A stretch of 64,000 bases of DNA from a phage. Below are positions 47,990 through 57,979 of the stretch, one piece after another (positions within the stretch are counted from its first letter, which is position 1; the number at the start of each line of letters is the position of its first letter). The translations under genes were made by a program, and so were the position numbers. The notes under the pieces are model-generated. The model had not been told where the DNA came from and did not search any database. It saw only the letters and a program-made list of their open reading frames with translations. Where the stretch lies: sequence record PZ386965.1. One strand, 5' to 3'.

Positions 47990-48154
47990 TTAGATGTAAA
48001 TTATTTCAACGTCACCTTTAGCTGCTTTATAACCTTCAGCCCAAGATACAACAGAGTTTTTATCTGAGGATTCAAATTCAGGCATTGGACTTTCACCAAT
48101 ATTCACACAGTATGTTTCTTCATTTTCATCGAACCAAATAATTAAAGTAGTCAT
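47990..48154 (-). CDS. small hypothetical protein
   Basis: ATG with AGAGGAG RBS directly downstream of cassette at 48171. Confidence 0.4.
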   Translation of the reverse strand: MTTLIIWFDENEETYCVNIGESPMPEFESSDKNSVVSWAEGYKAAKGDVEIIYI

Positions 48155-48170
48155 TTTGTTTACTCCTCTG

Positions 48171-48220
48171 TAGTTGATAAGTCTATAGTAACACCGTCCT
48201 TGGTGTTTGTACATCATTTA
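48171..48220 (-). promoter_or_regulatory. early promoter / stem-loop cassette
   Basis: GATAAGTCTATAGTAACACC...TTTGTACA. Confidence 0.45.
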
Positions 48221-48223
48221 TTT

Positions 48224-48529
48224 TTAATTTTTCCAACTTAACAACTTGTAGTGTCCTTCATTCGTACGAGGTTTATCCCAAGAAATACTAATATATGATT
48301 CGCCATCAATAGAAGTCGCCGGGTTTTTCTCTACTGTAAGACCTTCACTTTCCAGCCATTCAATAGTATTTGCGCATAAATCGGAAGAACACCTCATCGG
48401 AAACTGGCAAGATTTTTCACCTTTAGCTGCAGTGTTATACATCTTTTCTAAAATACGCTTTTGCACGTTTTTAAAAATAGTTTCAGCAGATTCTTCAGAT
48501 TTTTTATTCAGTTCAGTGTAAAGACTCAT
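48224..48529 (-). CDS. hypothetical protein
   Basis: 101-aa ORF. Confidence 0.5.
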   Translation of the reverse strand: MSLYTELNKKSEESAETIFKNVQKRILEKMYNTAAKGEKSCQFPMRCSSDLCANTIEWLESEGLTVEKNPATSIDGESYISISWDKPRTNEGHYKLLSWKN

Positions 48530-48540
48530 AACATTTTCCT

Positions 48541-48590
48541 CATGTTTTGATAGGTCTATAGTAACACATCTATGGAAGAAGTAAACAACT
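48541..48590 (-). promoter_or_regulatory. early promoter / stem-loop cassette
   Basis: Minus strand GTTTAC-N17-TACTAT with GATAGGTCTATAG element. Confidence 0.5.
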
Positions 48591-48610
48591 TTTTCAGTAA
48601 GTTATAGACC

Positions 48611-48636
48611 CCCTAATGGGGACCGAAGTCCCCATT
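48611..48636 (-). terminator. stem-loop with UUCG tetraloop
   Basis: GGGGAC-TTCG-GTCCCC directly after stop of 48639..49259. Confidence 0.4.
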
Positions 48637-48638
48637 CT

Positions 48639-49259
48639 TTACTTACGAGTTTTTGCATACTGAGCAGCGTCAGCAGCCAAACGACCTGCCTGACGAAGTT
48701 TTTCTTTAATCTCATCATGAAGTGGTTGAGTATACTTCAAACCTTCGATAGTCAAATAAAGACGATAAAGGTCTGGGGTGTCAAGGTTGTTGATATGTTG
48801 GCCATTACGAAGAATATTGAATTCACGAACGAGTGAAGATGTATCAGATTCAATATCACGAACAAGCGAAGATAGTTGTTTATATTTTTTTTCCAGGCTA
48901 GAAGTATCAAACTTAAGAGCAGGAGCTTTAGGAGCTGCTTTTACTTCCGGCTTAGGCTCAGGTTTTGCTTTAGGGGTCGCAGGTTTAGGAATGGTAGGAG
49001 CAGGTTTTACTTTAGGCGAACCAGATTTAGCAGAAACACCACCACTAACAATATCTTTGAATGCTTTAGAAGCTCTGTAATATTCTTTTTGGCTGGAAGT
49101 GTCGATACCATACATGGCTTGAACGTTTTTGAAAAACTCTGTACTAGTTTTTGTACCAGAAATAGCATCGTAAGCAGCTTGCCATTTCTCTTTTGTCATG
49201 CGTACACCGGCTTCGGTGATTACTTCCGTTTCGGCTAAAAATTCATTAAAAGTATACAT
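48639..49259 (-). CDS. internal-protein-like protein with Pro/Lys-rich linker (variant capsid-targeting N-terminus)
   Basis: MYTFNEFLAE start; PKPATPKAKPEPKPEVKAAPKAP linker; late promoter TATAAATA upstream. Confidence 0.6.
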   Translation of the reverse strand: MYTFNEFLAETEVITEAGVRMTKEKWQAAYDAISGTKTSTEFFKNVQAMYGIDTSSQKEYYRASKAFKDIVSGGVSAKSGSPKVKPAPTIPKPATPKAKPEPKPEVKAAPKAPALKFDTSSLEKKYKQLSSLVRDIESDTSSLVREFNILRNGQHINNLDTPDLYRLYLTIEGLKYTQPLHDEIKEKLRQAGRLAADAAQYAKTRK

Positions 49260-49286
49260 TGATGGTCCTTAGAAAGTAGGTTTATT

Positions 49287-49296
49287 GTTTACTATA
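49287..49296 (-). promoter_or_regulatory. late promoter TATAAATA
   Basis: Plus-strand tatttata = TATAAATA on minus about 30 nt upstream of ATG at 49259. Confidence 0.55.
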
Positions 49297-49304
49297 TTTA
49301 TACA

Positions 49305-49337
49305 AAAAAGCCCCAACCTTTCGGAAGGGGCTTTATA
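49305..49337 (-). terminator. rho-independent terminator
   Basis: AGCCCCTTCCGAAAGGTTGGGGCT hairpin followed by TTTTTTG on minus. Confidence 0.75.
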
Positions 49338-49339
49338 CC

Positions 49340-49634
49340 TTGTTGGGGTTTCCACCTACTAGGTAAGTGTTTGTACGAAACGCCGGGATTTGAACCCGGT
49401 TATTAAGTAGTTGACGCTACTCAATATTTTTAAAAGGCCATATCTCGACCATATCCGAACGTTCCGTCAAAAACGCTACTCGGCTTACGGCAAAGATATT
49501 TCCTCGAATCGTTAATTAGGTGCGCCGTTTCTGCTGTGATGTAAGGGGATATTAACAAATCGTAAAGATTTATTAAGACCAGTCCTTACTCAGGGAACAT
49601 CAGTCCGACGACTTGCCGGTAGCGACCCGGCTTC
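49340..49634 (-). ncRNA. candidate structured stable RNA region with tRNA-like T-arm
   Basis: ~300 nt non-coding, GC-rich; CCGGG-TTCAAAT-CCCGG T-arm-like hairpin at 49392..49410; no full cloverleaf found. Confidence 0.3.
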
Positions 49635-49979
49635 TTATTTTGGCATATCATCAATTTGCTCTCGACGCCGACGCCATAGATTAATCGCTTCATAAACACA
49701 TTCAGCATTTGGTATATGGCGACAATAGTATAGTGATTCGCGTTTCTGGAACCGATGTTGTAATGGAATTTCGTTTAAAAGGTCTTTACGGTCAAAGTAT
49801 TCAAAACTAGTTAACCCGGAACGGTTTTTAAGAAACTTCCAATGTCCGAATTCATTTTTAAAATAAACGTAATCAGCGTGTTGATATAACGAATTAATCA
49901 ACCGGTCGGAAATAACTGTATCTTGTTCGTTAAAATAAAACGTTAAATCATGAACTACTAAGTAAACATTACCTTTCAT
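49635..49979 (-). CDS. hypothetical protein adjacent to tRNA genes
   Basis: ATG with GAGGAAAA RBS; track ORF trimmed because its 5' end overlaps tRNA-Arg. Confidence 0.5.
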   Translation of the reverse strand: MKGNVYLVVHDLTFYFNEQDTVISDRLINSLYQHADYVYFKNEFGHWKFLKNRSGLTSFEYFDRKDLLNEIPLQHRFQKRESLYYCRHIPNAECVYEAINLWRRRREQIDDMPK

Positions 49980-49997
49980 ATTTTCCTCACTTAAAGT

Positions 49998-50074
<77 letters not shown>

Positions 50075-50080
50075 AATATA

Positions 50081-50154
50081 TGACCCAGACCAGATTCGAA
50101 CTGGTAACCTTTCCCTTATGAGGGGACTGCTGCTAACCATTGAGCTACAGGGCC
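50081..50154 (-). tRNA. tRNA with CAU anticodon (Met or lysidine-Ile)
   Basis: Hand-folded: D-arm TAGCTCAATGGTTAGC, anticodon loop CTCATAA, T-arm ACCAG-TTCGAAT-CTGGT, acceptor with one mismatch. Confidence 0.7.
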
Positions 50155-50250
50155 TAAATAACTTTCTATTATGAAAGGCACTTGAGGGAGCACCTTTGGT
50201 AATAGAGGGTAGATTAATAATAACACATAATTCTTAAAGCAAATTACGTT

Positions 50251-50541
50251 TTACCGTACCATATTAATGTAGTTATATTCAATGCAACGTAATTTCAAAG
50301 GGTTCTTGAAAATATCATATTCAAGAGGGCCTGATTCAGTTTCAATAAAGAAATCAAAGTTCACACTATTAAATTTGCGGTCTTCCCAAAGTAATTTAAC
50401 CTGTGAAGATGAACGGTCGACGTAAACCTTTTCAACCTCAAAGTTAGTCAGAATACCGTAGTCATCGACTAGTGCTTTAGCTGCACGTCGGTCACTTTCA
50501 TATCCATTCTCAACGGATTTTACCTTAGCATAAAGAATCAT
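50251..50541 (-). CDS. hypothetical protein
   Basis: 96-aa ORF. Confidence 0.5.
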   Translation of the reverse strand: MILYAKVKSVENGYESDRRAAKALVDDYGILTNFEVEKVYVDRSSSQVKLLWEDRKFNSVNFDFFIETESGPLEYDIFKNPLKLRCIEYNYINMVR

Positions 50542-50900
50542 GAATGTTCCACCACTTCGAAGGTATGAGCATCAACAATATGATACCAGTCAAAATTTTC
50601 TTCTGCGTTTTTATAAATTTCGCGAAGAGCATCCACAGTTTTTCCTGTAGCAACAAGGTCGTCAATACCACCAAGAGGATAACAGTCATAACCAGCAAAC
50701 AGAAGGAAATTAATAGTTTCTGTAGGTTCTGGATGCAGTGTACCATTGTCATCGACTACTTCAAAGAACATATAACCAGGCGATTTAGTTTTAATCCAAG
50801 CCCATGCTTGAGCCGCTGAATCAAATGGTCTGCGTATCAAACGACAATCAGTGTCTTTAGAAGGATTTGCTTCAAAATCCGCATATACATGATATTTCAT
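50538..50900 (-). CDS. hypothetical protein
   Basis: 120-aa ORF. Confidence 0.5.
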   Translation of the reverse strand: MKYHVYADFEANPSKDTDCRLIRRPFDSAAQAWAWIKTKSPGYMFFEVVDDNGTLHPEPTETINFLLFAGYDCYPLGGIDDLVATGKTVDALREIYKNAEENFDWYHIVDAHTFEVVEHS

Positions 50901-51107
50901 TTACTCACCTTTTGCAATTTTATCCATAACGATAGCGATTAAGCCGATTAGAAATGCTACTACCAATGAGATAGAATTTTCGGTTGTTGTCAGTAGTCCG
51001 CAAATGAATCCTACAAACATCGAAAAACTAAAAGCCATTGAAGCAATTACTACAGCAACATTACGAATCAGTTCAGCGCGTTTCATTTTATTTCTCCATT
51101 TACTCAT
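50901..51107 (-). CDS. small membrane protein
   Basis: Two hydrophobic segments. Confidence 0.5.
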   Translation of the reverse strand: MSKWRNKMKRAELIRNVAVVIASMAFSFSMFVGFICGLLTTTENSISLVVAFLIGLIAIVMDKIAKGE

Positions 51108-51152
51108 TTGTTTTGATAGGACTACTATAACATAGTCCTATCGGCATGTAAA
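51108..51152 (-). promoter_or_regulatory. early promoter / stem-loop cassette (high-identity copy)
   Basis: TTGATAGGACTACTATAACATAGTCCTATCGGCATGTAAAC. Confidence 0.55.
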
Positions 51153-51156
51153 CTAC

Positions 51157-51444
51157 TTACAGAAGAGTTTTTGCAATAATTTTAAGTTGAGCTACAGAAA
51201 TATGCTTAGCTTTAAACAGTGCGGTCTCTTCAGCCGGAGAGATAACAATAGTAGCGCCATCTTTCTTAGCAGACCATCCATCCCCTAAGTAAACAGTACC
51301 TTTTACTTCTTCGCCGTCAACCAGACTAATCATTGGTTTACCCTCACGGCCTTTGTTTGCTTTAATAACTTCGGAAGTAAGGGTTGCTTCGGTCAGAGTA
51401 GAAACGTTAGCAACAGGTGATATAAATTCTTTATAGGTTTTCAT
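51157..51444 (-). CDS. internal head protein (capsid-targeting N-terminus; ipI position)
   Basis: MKTYKEFISP start; 95 aa; adjacent to 57B as T4 ipI. Confidence 0.7.
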   Translation of the reverse strand: MKTYKEFISPVANVSTLTEATLTSEVIKANKGREGKPMISLVDGEEVKGTVYLGDGWSAKKDGATIVISPAEETALFKAKHISVAQLKIIAKTLL

Positions 51445-51460
51445 TTTATTTCCTTGAGGT

Positions 51461-51510
51461 TGTTTATTTGATAGGATGATAGTAACACACCATCATCCTT
51501 ATGTAAACCA
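51461..51510 (-). promoter_or_regulatory. early promoter / stem-loop cassette
   Basis: AGGATGAT..ATCATCCT inverted repeat, GTAAAC element. Confidence 0.5.
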
Positions 51511-51521
51511 TTTTGTGAAAA

Positions 51522-52207
<686 letters not shown>

Positions 52208-52211
52208 TTTA

Positions 52212-52946
52212 TTACCTTAAGATTGTTTCAATTTTAGAATAAAGCTCTTCTAAAGAGCCGTCGTTTGTAATAACTAAATCGCCTTCTTCAATAGGCAACC
52301 CAGCTTCTGTAATATGTTTATCAGTGGATTCCGTACCAGAGCGAACCACATGAATAACTGTAGCACCCATCGCTCTAGCGGTTTCCATTTCATGGACTTG
52401 GCGTGTATCGGTTACAACATAGTAATCGAAATCACTTCCAATATAATCCATATAATTTAATGCAAAAAGTTTAACCCAATACATACGGTCAAATAAATTA
52501 ACGACAACATCCGTACCGAGGGCTTGCATAAGACGGCGGATTGACCATGTGTCGTTGATATTATTTATAGCTTCACGCAGGGCTTCATATGGTTTAATAT
52601 CTAGATACGAATATCCACCTTCTAACGATGATAATACTTTAACATTATTAATTGGTAAATATTGACTTTGTAAATAAATTAACGCTTCTTCCAATAATTC
52701 AATAACATCCAACTTATTGAGATTTAATGGCGTTTCACGGTCGTATCCAATGCCTTCAAAGTATTCGTATTTCAACTCTGTGAATACATCAGGATTTTCA
52801 GCATGCCTACGTCCCCAGGCTATTGCTAGAGCGTCTTTAATCGGATATGCCAATTGGTATTTTACGGATTTAAAGTTTGAATTGATGTAATCAGCAGTAG
52901 TGTCTTTACCACTACGTTTGATGCCGCTTAAAAAGATTAGCTCCAT
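52212..52946 (-). CDS. 1: deoxynucleoside monophosphate kinase gp1
   Basis: FLSGIKRSGKDTTADY P-loop; GATVIHVVR..ITNDGSLEEL collinear with T4 gp1. Confidence 0.93.
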   Translation of the reverse strand: MELIFLSGIKRSGKDTTADYINSNFKSVKYQLAYPIKDALAIAWGRRHAENPDVFTELKYEYFEGIGYDRETPLNLNKLDVIELLEEALIYLQSQYLPINNVKVLSSLEGGYSYLDIKPYEALREAINNINDTWSIRRLMQALGTDVVVNLFDRMYWVKLFALNYMDYIGSDFDYYVVTDTRQVHEMETARAMGATVIHVVRSGTESTDKHITEAGLPIEEGDLVITNDGSLEELYSKIETILR

Positions 52947-52999
52947 AGGTTTTCCTCATATAATTTATGAGTGATTATAACATACGGAGCTAGAAGCGA

Positions 53000-53590
53000 T
53001 TATCGCAAGGAAGGGTGTCTAGAAATGGATTTAGATTCGACTGCTTGACGTGGTTGTTGAGATACAATGACTTCGCCATCCTTTTCTATCGTCATATACG
53101 CGTAGTGAATAGTTGCTACGCACGTAACGGCAGGGTCAGAGTCTTCAGTGTAACTAAATTCAATTTCACTCAAATCAGAAATCCATGGTTTATAGAAATT
53201 TGCCGTCAAAACTACTTCGGTCTTATTGTTGTTTAAAATGTGCAAAGTAACAAACTCAGGACCATCTGAGTGGGCCGTATTATGTCCGGTTATATAGTTA
53301 TTAGTGCTGAGCATCCATTTATACATGTTCATCCAGGACGTCATGTCTTCATCAACTATAAATCGTACAACAAAAGGGTCATATTCAAATGTGGTGCCTG
53401 CACGCATTGCACGTCCTAACCCCATTGTGCCTGTCACAGTTTCAACAACAGGAATTCTCACACCTGGCAATGGTGCCGTTTGGGCATTGAGCACAAAACC
53501 TGAAGTTCGTGTACTATCCGGGATATCCACAACAAAGTTTGTTATATTTGTTTGGTTAAAAATCTGTCTCGCTGGACGAGTCATAAGCAC
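53000..53590 (-). CDS. 3: tail completion / sheath stabilizer gp3 (by position)
   Basis: ORF between genes 1 and 2 as in T4; start uncertain. Confidence 0.65.
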   Translation of the reverse strand: MLMTRPARQIFNQTNITNFVVDIPDSTRTSGFVLNAQTAPLPGVRIPVVETVTGTMGLGRAMRAGTTFEYDPFVVRFIVDEDMTSWMNMYKWMLSTNNYITGHNTAHSDGPEFVTLHILNNNKTEVVLTANFYKPWISDLSEIEFSYTEDSDPAVTCVATIHYAYMTIEKDGEVIVSQQPRQAVESKSISRHPSLR

Positions 53591-53686
53591 CTCAAAAACG
53601 CTTTAATAAAAATGCAGTATAATGGTTTTAGGTCTCTTCCATTAATCCGGTTCAACAGAATATCAGAAGAACGGAAGAGAATAGAA

Positions 53687-54508
53687 TTAAGATTTCCAAA
53701 CAGTATTCGCGGAGAAACGTTTTCCTTTTGACATAAACTGCTGAGTAGGTAACATGATTATGTTAGCCCAGTCTTTAGGAGCTATTTCTGTTATTGTTCC
53801 TCTAATGTGGCCTGGCAGGTATGCTTTAATCATTTTGTCAGCACCTTGAAATCCTTTCACCTTGCTCCAGTCTATCTTCAACTTCGTGTTATTAGTAATA
53901 GTAGTTGTGCTAGCATATTGCTTCAGCAATTCTTCAAGAAACTGTTGTCGTGCTTTAGGTGGGATATAGTGCAAGTTTAACCCATACATCAAATTATGTT
54001 TACCCAATCCTAAATAAATAATCAAAGGATATCTGTCCCAATACGGCAGAGTATCTTTATGTTTAGCATCATACACGTAAGTATAAATTTTGCCTGGCGT
54101 AGGCTTGACTACTTTATGACCTTTTACACTTTTCTTAATTGTTTCAACAAACCACTTAGATGATTTGTTGTTTACTGCTGCGCCTTCATTTCTAATCTTT
54201 TCTCGTATTGAACTGCGAAACGAGTTTATCATCAGAAGTTGACGTTCTTGCTTATTAAGTTTATTTTTAGGTTTAGATTCAAGCGTTTCAATTTTCTGTG
54301 CAGTCTTAATAGATGATGCATATCTAGACATTGCAGATGTAAACGACGAGTATTTTATTCCTTTTGATTCTGCAAATGCTTTTGCAGTGATTCCTTTCTC
54401 TTTAGCTTTCTTGTATTCTAATCCTATCTCAATCCATTTTCTTTCATTCATAGACTGAGCAATCTTAGGGGCTTGTACGCCTTCAGATATAATTTGGAAT
54501 ATGCTCAT
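53687..54508 (-). CDS. 2: DNA end protector gp2
   Basis: 273 aa; [39 protein letters not shown] collinear with T4 gp2. Confidence 0.9.
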   Translation of the reverse strand: MSIFQIISEGVQAPKIAQSMNERKWIEIGLEYKKAKEKGITAKAFAESKGIKYSSFTSAMSRYASSIKTAQKIETLESKPKNKLNKQERQLLMINSFRSSIREKIRNEGAAVNNKSSKWFVETIKKSVKGHKVVKPTPGKIYTYVYDAKHKDTLPYWDRYPLIIYLGLGKHNLMYGLNLHYIPPKARQQFLEELLKQYASTTTITNNTKLKIDWSKVKGFQGADKMIKAYLPGHIRGTITEIAPKDWANIIMLPTQQFMSKGKRFSANTVWKS

Positions 54509-55155
54509 TCAACTTTCCTCATTTTACAATTATCACCATGCCAACGTTTATAAGGCGCAGGTTTACATTCTATACCGCAGTATTGGCATATCTTATTAGG
54601 AGTATTTAAGTATCCTAATCTCATGTTTTCCTTTTCTTCAGGAGTTCTATTTCGTCCCGTAAGAGTATTTTTTATTTTGTCTCTAATCTCTTTAGGCATT
54701 ATCCTGCCTCGGCCTGCTTTACCTATTTTAGCTTTATGCTCTTCGGATAATTTCTTACCCTTCTTAGCTAAACTCATTTTCTTTTTAGATTCTTCGGAAA
54801 TAGGACCTAATTTTCTACCTCTGGATGAATCGCCTATTCTTTTTCGCACATCAATAGAACGGCCTCGTCCTCCCTTTCCTCCTAGGTCTATATTATATGT
54901 ATCTTCTCTATCCACAAAAGATTGATCAACTAATTCTGCTTCCTTTTGGAAAGCCATTTCTTCATTTAGTAATTCGTCACCGGTATCATACACATATAAT
55001 ACTTCTTTTACAAAATTATCTAATCCGTATTTAGCATGGGCTTTTAAGATAATTTTACCTGTTCCTTTATAAGAATCATCCGGGTTATTAGTTTTATGAA
55101 CACCTATATAAATTTTATTATTTACGATGTTAGTTATTTTATATACAGTATACAT
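54505..55155 (-). CDS. free-standing GIY-YIG homing endonuclease (Seg-like)
   Basis: [27 protein letters not shown] motif; basic linker; C-terminal [22 protein letters not shown]; inserted between genes 2 and 4. Confidence 0.85.
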   Translation of the reverse strand: MYTVYKITNIVNNKIYIGVHKTNNPDDSYKGTGKIILKAHAKYGLDNFVKEVLYVYDTGDELLNEEMAFQKEAELVDQSFVDREDTYNIDLGGKGGRGRSIDVRKRIGDSSRGRKLGPISEESKKKMSLAKKGKKLSEEHKAKIGKAGRGRIMPKEIRDKIKNTLTGRNRTPEEKENMRLGYLNTPNKICQYCGIECKPAPYKRWHGDNCKMRKVE

Positions 55156-55156
55156 A

Positions 55157-55606
55157 TCATCCCTTATATCCTAAACGACGTAAACCGTCTTCTGTGAGAA
55201 TTCTGAATTTAATATTTCTTTTAGCCGCTAATGCTGACGCAGCTTTCCATTTGTCGCAGTTCACAGACCACACGTAGATCTCGTTCATATAACGTTTCTT
55301 TGCTGCAGTAGTAAGATTTGCAGGCTTAATAGGCGGTTGAGTTTCTTTCTTTGGTTTTATTTCTACAAAAAACTCTTGACCTGATGCATCTTTCATCCAT
55401 ATGTCCATATAGTATCGACGTTTCTTACCTTCTGCGTTACAGAAATATGGAATTACTGCTGTTTCACTACCCCATGCAATAATTTCTGGATTTTTATCTA
55501 ACCATTCGAAAAAGAATTTTTCCCAGTTTGAACGATACGTTATTTTGGTATGGTCTCCACGGTATTTTTTTAAATTTTTCGGGACCCATTTACCAGAGTA
55601 GGCCAT
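55157..55606 (-). CDS. 4: head completion protein gp4
   Basis: MAYSGKWVPKNLKKYRGDHTKITYRSNWEKFFFEWLDKNPEIIAWGSETAVIPYFC collinear with T4 gp4. Confidence 0.93.
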   Translation of the reverse strand: MAYSGKWVPKNLKKYRGDHTKITYRSNWEKFFFEWLDKNPEIIAWGSETAVIPYFCNAEGKKRRYYMDIWMKDASGQEFFVEIKPKKETQPPIKPANLTTAAKKRYMNEIYVWSVNCDKWKAASALAAKRNIKFRILTEDGLRRLGYKG

Positions 55607-55617
55607 GTTGTCCTCCT

Positions 55618-55625
55618 TATAAATA
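55618..55625 (+). promoter_or_regulatory. late promoter TATAAATA for gene 53
   Basis: Exact TATAAATA 43 nt upstream of gene 53 ATG. Confidence 0.6.
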
Positions 55626-55633
55626 GTATTATT

Positions 55634-55641
55634 ATTTATAC
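55634..55641 (-). promoter_or_regulatory. late promoter TATAAATA for gene 4
   Basis: Plus tatttata = TATAAATA on minus, ~28 nt upstream of gene 4 ATG. Confidence 0.55.
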
Positions 55642-55667
55642 CAATTTCATATTGGAAGGAGACTATC

Positions 55668-56243
55668 TTGTTATTTACATTCTTCGACCCAATAGGATAT
55701 AGTGCTAAAACAGTTGATAAGAATGCACCTACTATTCCTATGACAGACATATTTCGTAACTATAAAGAGTACTTTAAGCGTGTGGCTGCCAATTATAGAT
55801 TACGTTCTTATTACATTAAAGGCTCTCCACGTCCTGAAGAACTAGCAAACATAATTTATGGCAACCCGCAATTATACTGGGTTCTTTTGATGTGCAACGA
55901 TAACTACGACCCGTATTATGGTTGGATTACATCTCAGGAAGCAGCGTATCAAGCGTCTATTCAGAAATATGCAAATGCTGGTGGAGACCAAATTCTTTAC
56001 CATATTAACGAGAACCGTGAGAAATTTTACAATTTAGTTTCATATCCGGATGAGCCTTTAGTGTGGTATGATAAAGGTGATGAAGCTCGTAAGTATCCAC
56101 AATATAAAGGACCTTTAGCTGCAGTAGATACTTATGAAGCGGCAGTATTAGATAATGAAAAACTTCGTAAAATAAAAATTGTTGCAAAAGAAGATATAAA
56201 CTCGTTTATTACTGATTTGATTCGTGAGATGGAGATTGCATAA
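55668..56243 (+). CDS. 53: baseplate wedge protein gp53
   Basis: MLFTFFDPIGYSAKTVDKNAPTIPMTDIFRNYKEYFKR... near-identical to T4 gp53 as recalled. Confidence 0.95.
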   Translation: MLFTFFDPIGYSAKTVDKNAPTIPMTDIFRNYKEYFKRVAANYRLRSYYIKGSPRPEELANIIYGNPQLYWVLLMCNDNYDPYYGWITSQEAAYQASIQKYANAGGDQILYHINENREKFYNLVSYPDEPLVWYDKGDEARKYPQYKGPLAAVDTYEAAVLDNEKLRKIKIVAKEDINSFITDLIREMEIA

Positions 56244-57976
56244 TGGAAATGATTAGCAGTAGCCTTAATTGGTTCGTGGGTGTTGTCGAGGACAGAATGG
56301 ACCCATTAAAACAAGGACGAGTTCGAGTTCGAGTCGTTGGTCTTCATCCGGCACAGAGAGCACAAGGTGATGTACAAGGTATTCCTACAGAAAAACTTCC
56401 ATGGATGACTGTTATTCAACCTATTACGTCTGCGTCAATGTCAGGTATTGGTGGTTCTGTTACAGGTCCTGTTGAAGGAACTCGAGTATATGGTCATTTC
56501 TTAGACAAATGGAAAACAAACGGGATTGTACTTGGTACATACGGCGGGATTGTACGTGAAAAGCCTAATAGACTTGAAGGTTTTTCTGACCCTACAGGTC
56601 AATATCCACGACGTTTAGGTAATGATACGAACGTATTAAACCAAGGTGGTGAAGCTGGTTATTATTCAAACTCTAACGTAATTCAAGATAACAACTTGGA
56701 TTATGGTATAAACCCAGATGATACAGATTTAGCAAATATTCCAGAAGATGACGACCCTAATTTTACAATAACAGAAATGTTACGTCGTGACGAAGGTCTT
56801 CGTGATAAAGTGTATTGGGACCATCTCGGGTATCCTACAGTAGGTATTGGACACCTTATCGTAATGGAAAAGACCCGAGATATGTCTCGAATTAATAAAT
56901 TGTTATCCGATCAAGTAGGGCGTGAAGTAACAGGAAATCCCGGGACTATTACATTAGAAGAAGCAACAGCGTTATTTGAGAAAGACCTTGCTAAGATGCA
57001 GAAAGACATTCGTTCTAATTCTAAAGTAGGTCCTGTTTATGCTAAAATGAACAGGTCTCGCCAAATGGCATTAGAAAACATGTGTTTCCAAATGGGCGTT
57101 GGTGGTGTAGCAAAATTCAATACTATGCTTAAAGCAATGGCCACAGGTGATTGGAAAACAGCATACAAATCTGGGCGTGATTCATTATGGTTCCAACAGA
57201 CTAAAGGTCGTGCTTCACGCGTAACAACAATTATTTTAACTGGTAACATGGAATCGTACGGTGTTCCTGTTAAAACACCACCTTCACCAGGAGTCGGTGC
57301 CGATTTAGTTACTAGAAATACCGATTCAGAAGACCCGGCCGGTCCTCCTGTTCCATTAGATTCACGTATCCTTTTTAAAGAACCGGAATCAAGTTATCGC
57401 GGTGAGTATCCATACGTTCATGCTATGGAAACAGAAAGTGGTCATATCCAAGAATTTGACGATACTCCAGGTAATGAACGTTATCGATTAGTTCATCCAA
57501 CAGGGTCATATGAGGAAGTTTCTCCGTCTGGGCGTCGTACTCGTAAAACTGTAGAAGACCTTTTTGACATCACTAATGGTGATGGGAACTTCTTGATTTC
57601 CGGTGATAAACTTGTTAACGTTGGTGCTAATGAAATATATTATAACATGGCAGACCGCCTCCATCAAATAGACGGCAATGACACAATCTTTATTCGTGGT
57701 AACCAAACTAAAACTGTTGAAGGCGATGGAACTCTTTACGTTAAGGGCAATATCAAAATAGTTGTTGACGGAAATGCAGATATTCTTGTTAAAGGTGATG
57801 CTAAAACTCAGGTTGAAGGGAACCATGATTACACCGTCAACGGAAACGTTAAATGGACTGTTAATGGTAATGTTGATATGACTGTTGCCGGGGATTGGGC
57901 AGAAACGATGTCCACAATGAGCTCAGTAGCTTCAGGACAATACACTGTTGACGGATCTCGTATTGATATTGGGTAA
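56243..57976 (+). CDS. 5: baseplate hub / tail lysozyme gp5
   Basis: 577 aa; internal lysozyme domain EMLRRDEGLRDKVYWDHLGYPTVGIGHL; C-terminal beta-helix octapeptide repeats. Confidence 0.95.
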   Translation: MEMISSSLNWFVGVVEDRMDPLKQGRVRVRVVGLHPAQRAQGDVQGIPTEKLPWMTVIQPITSASMSGIGGSVTGPVEGTRVYGHFLDKWKTNGIVLGTYGGIVREKPNRLEGFSDPTGQYPRRLGNDTNVLNQGGEAGYYSNSNVIQDNNLDYGINPDDTDLANIPEDDDPNFTITEMLRRDEGLRDKVYWDHLGYPTVGIGHLIVMEKTRDMSRINKLLSDQVGREVTGNPGTITLEEATALFEKDLAKMQKDIRSNSKVGPVYAKMNRSRQMALENMCFQMGVGGVAKFNTMLKAMATGDWKTAYKSGRDSLWFQQTKGRASRVTTIILTGNMESYGVPVKTPPSPGVGADLVTRNTDSEDPAGPPVPLDSRILFKEPESSYRGEYPYVHAMETESGHIQEFDDTPGNERYRLVHPTGSYEEVSPSGRRTRKTVEDLFDITNGDGNFLISGDKLVNVGANEIYYNMADRLHQIDGNDTIFIRGNQTKTVEGDGTLYVKGNIKIVVDGNADILVKGDAKTQVEGNHDYTVNGNVKWTVNGNVDMTVAGDWAETMSTMSSVASGQYTVDGSRIDIG

Positions 57977-57979
57977 TAT

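Noticed and set aside
49392-49410. A tRNA gene containing the CCGGG-TTCAAAT-CCCGG T-arm
   Set aside because: No D-arm or anticodon arm can be folded in the upstream 60 nt; reported only as a tRNA-like element within a candidate structured RNA.
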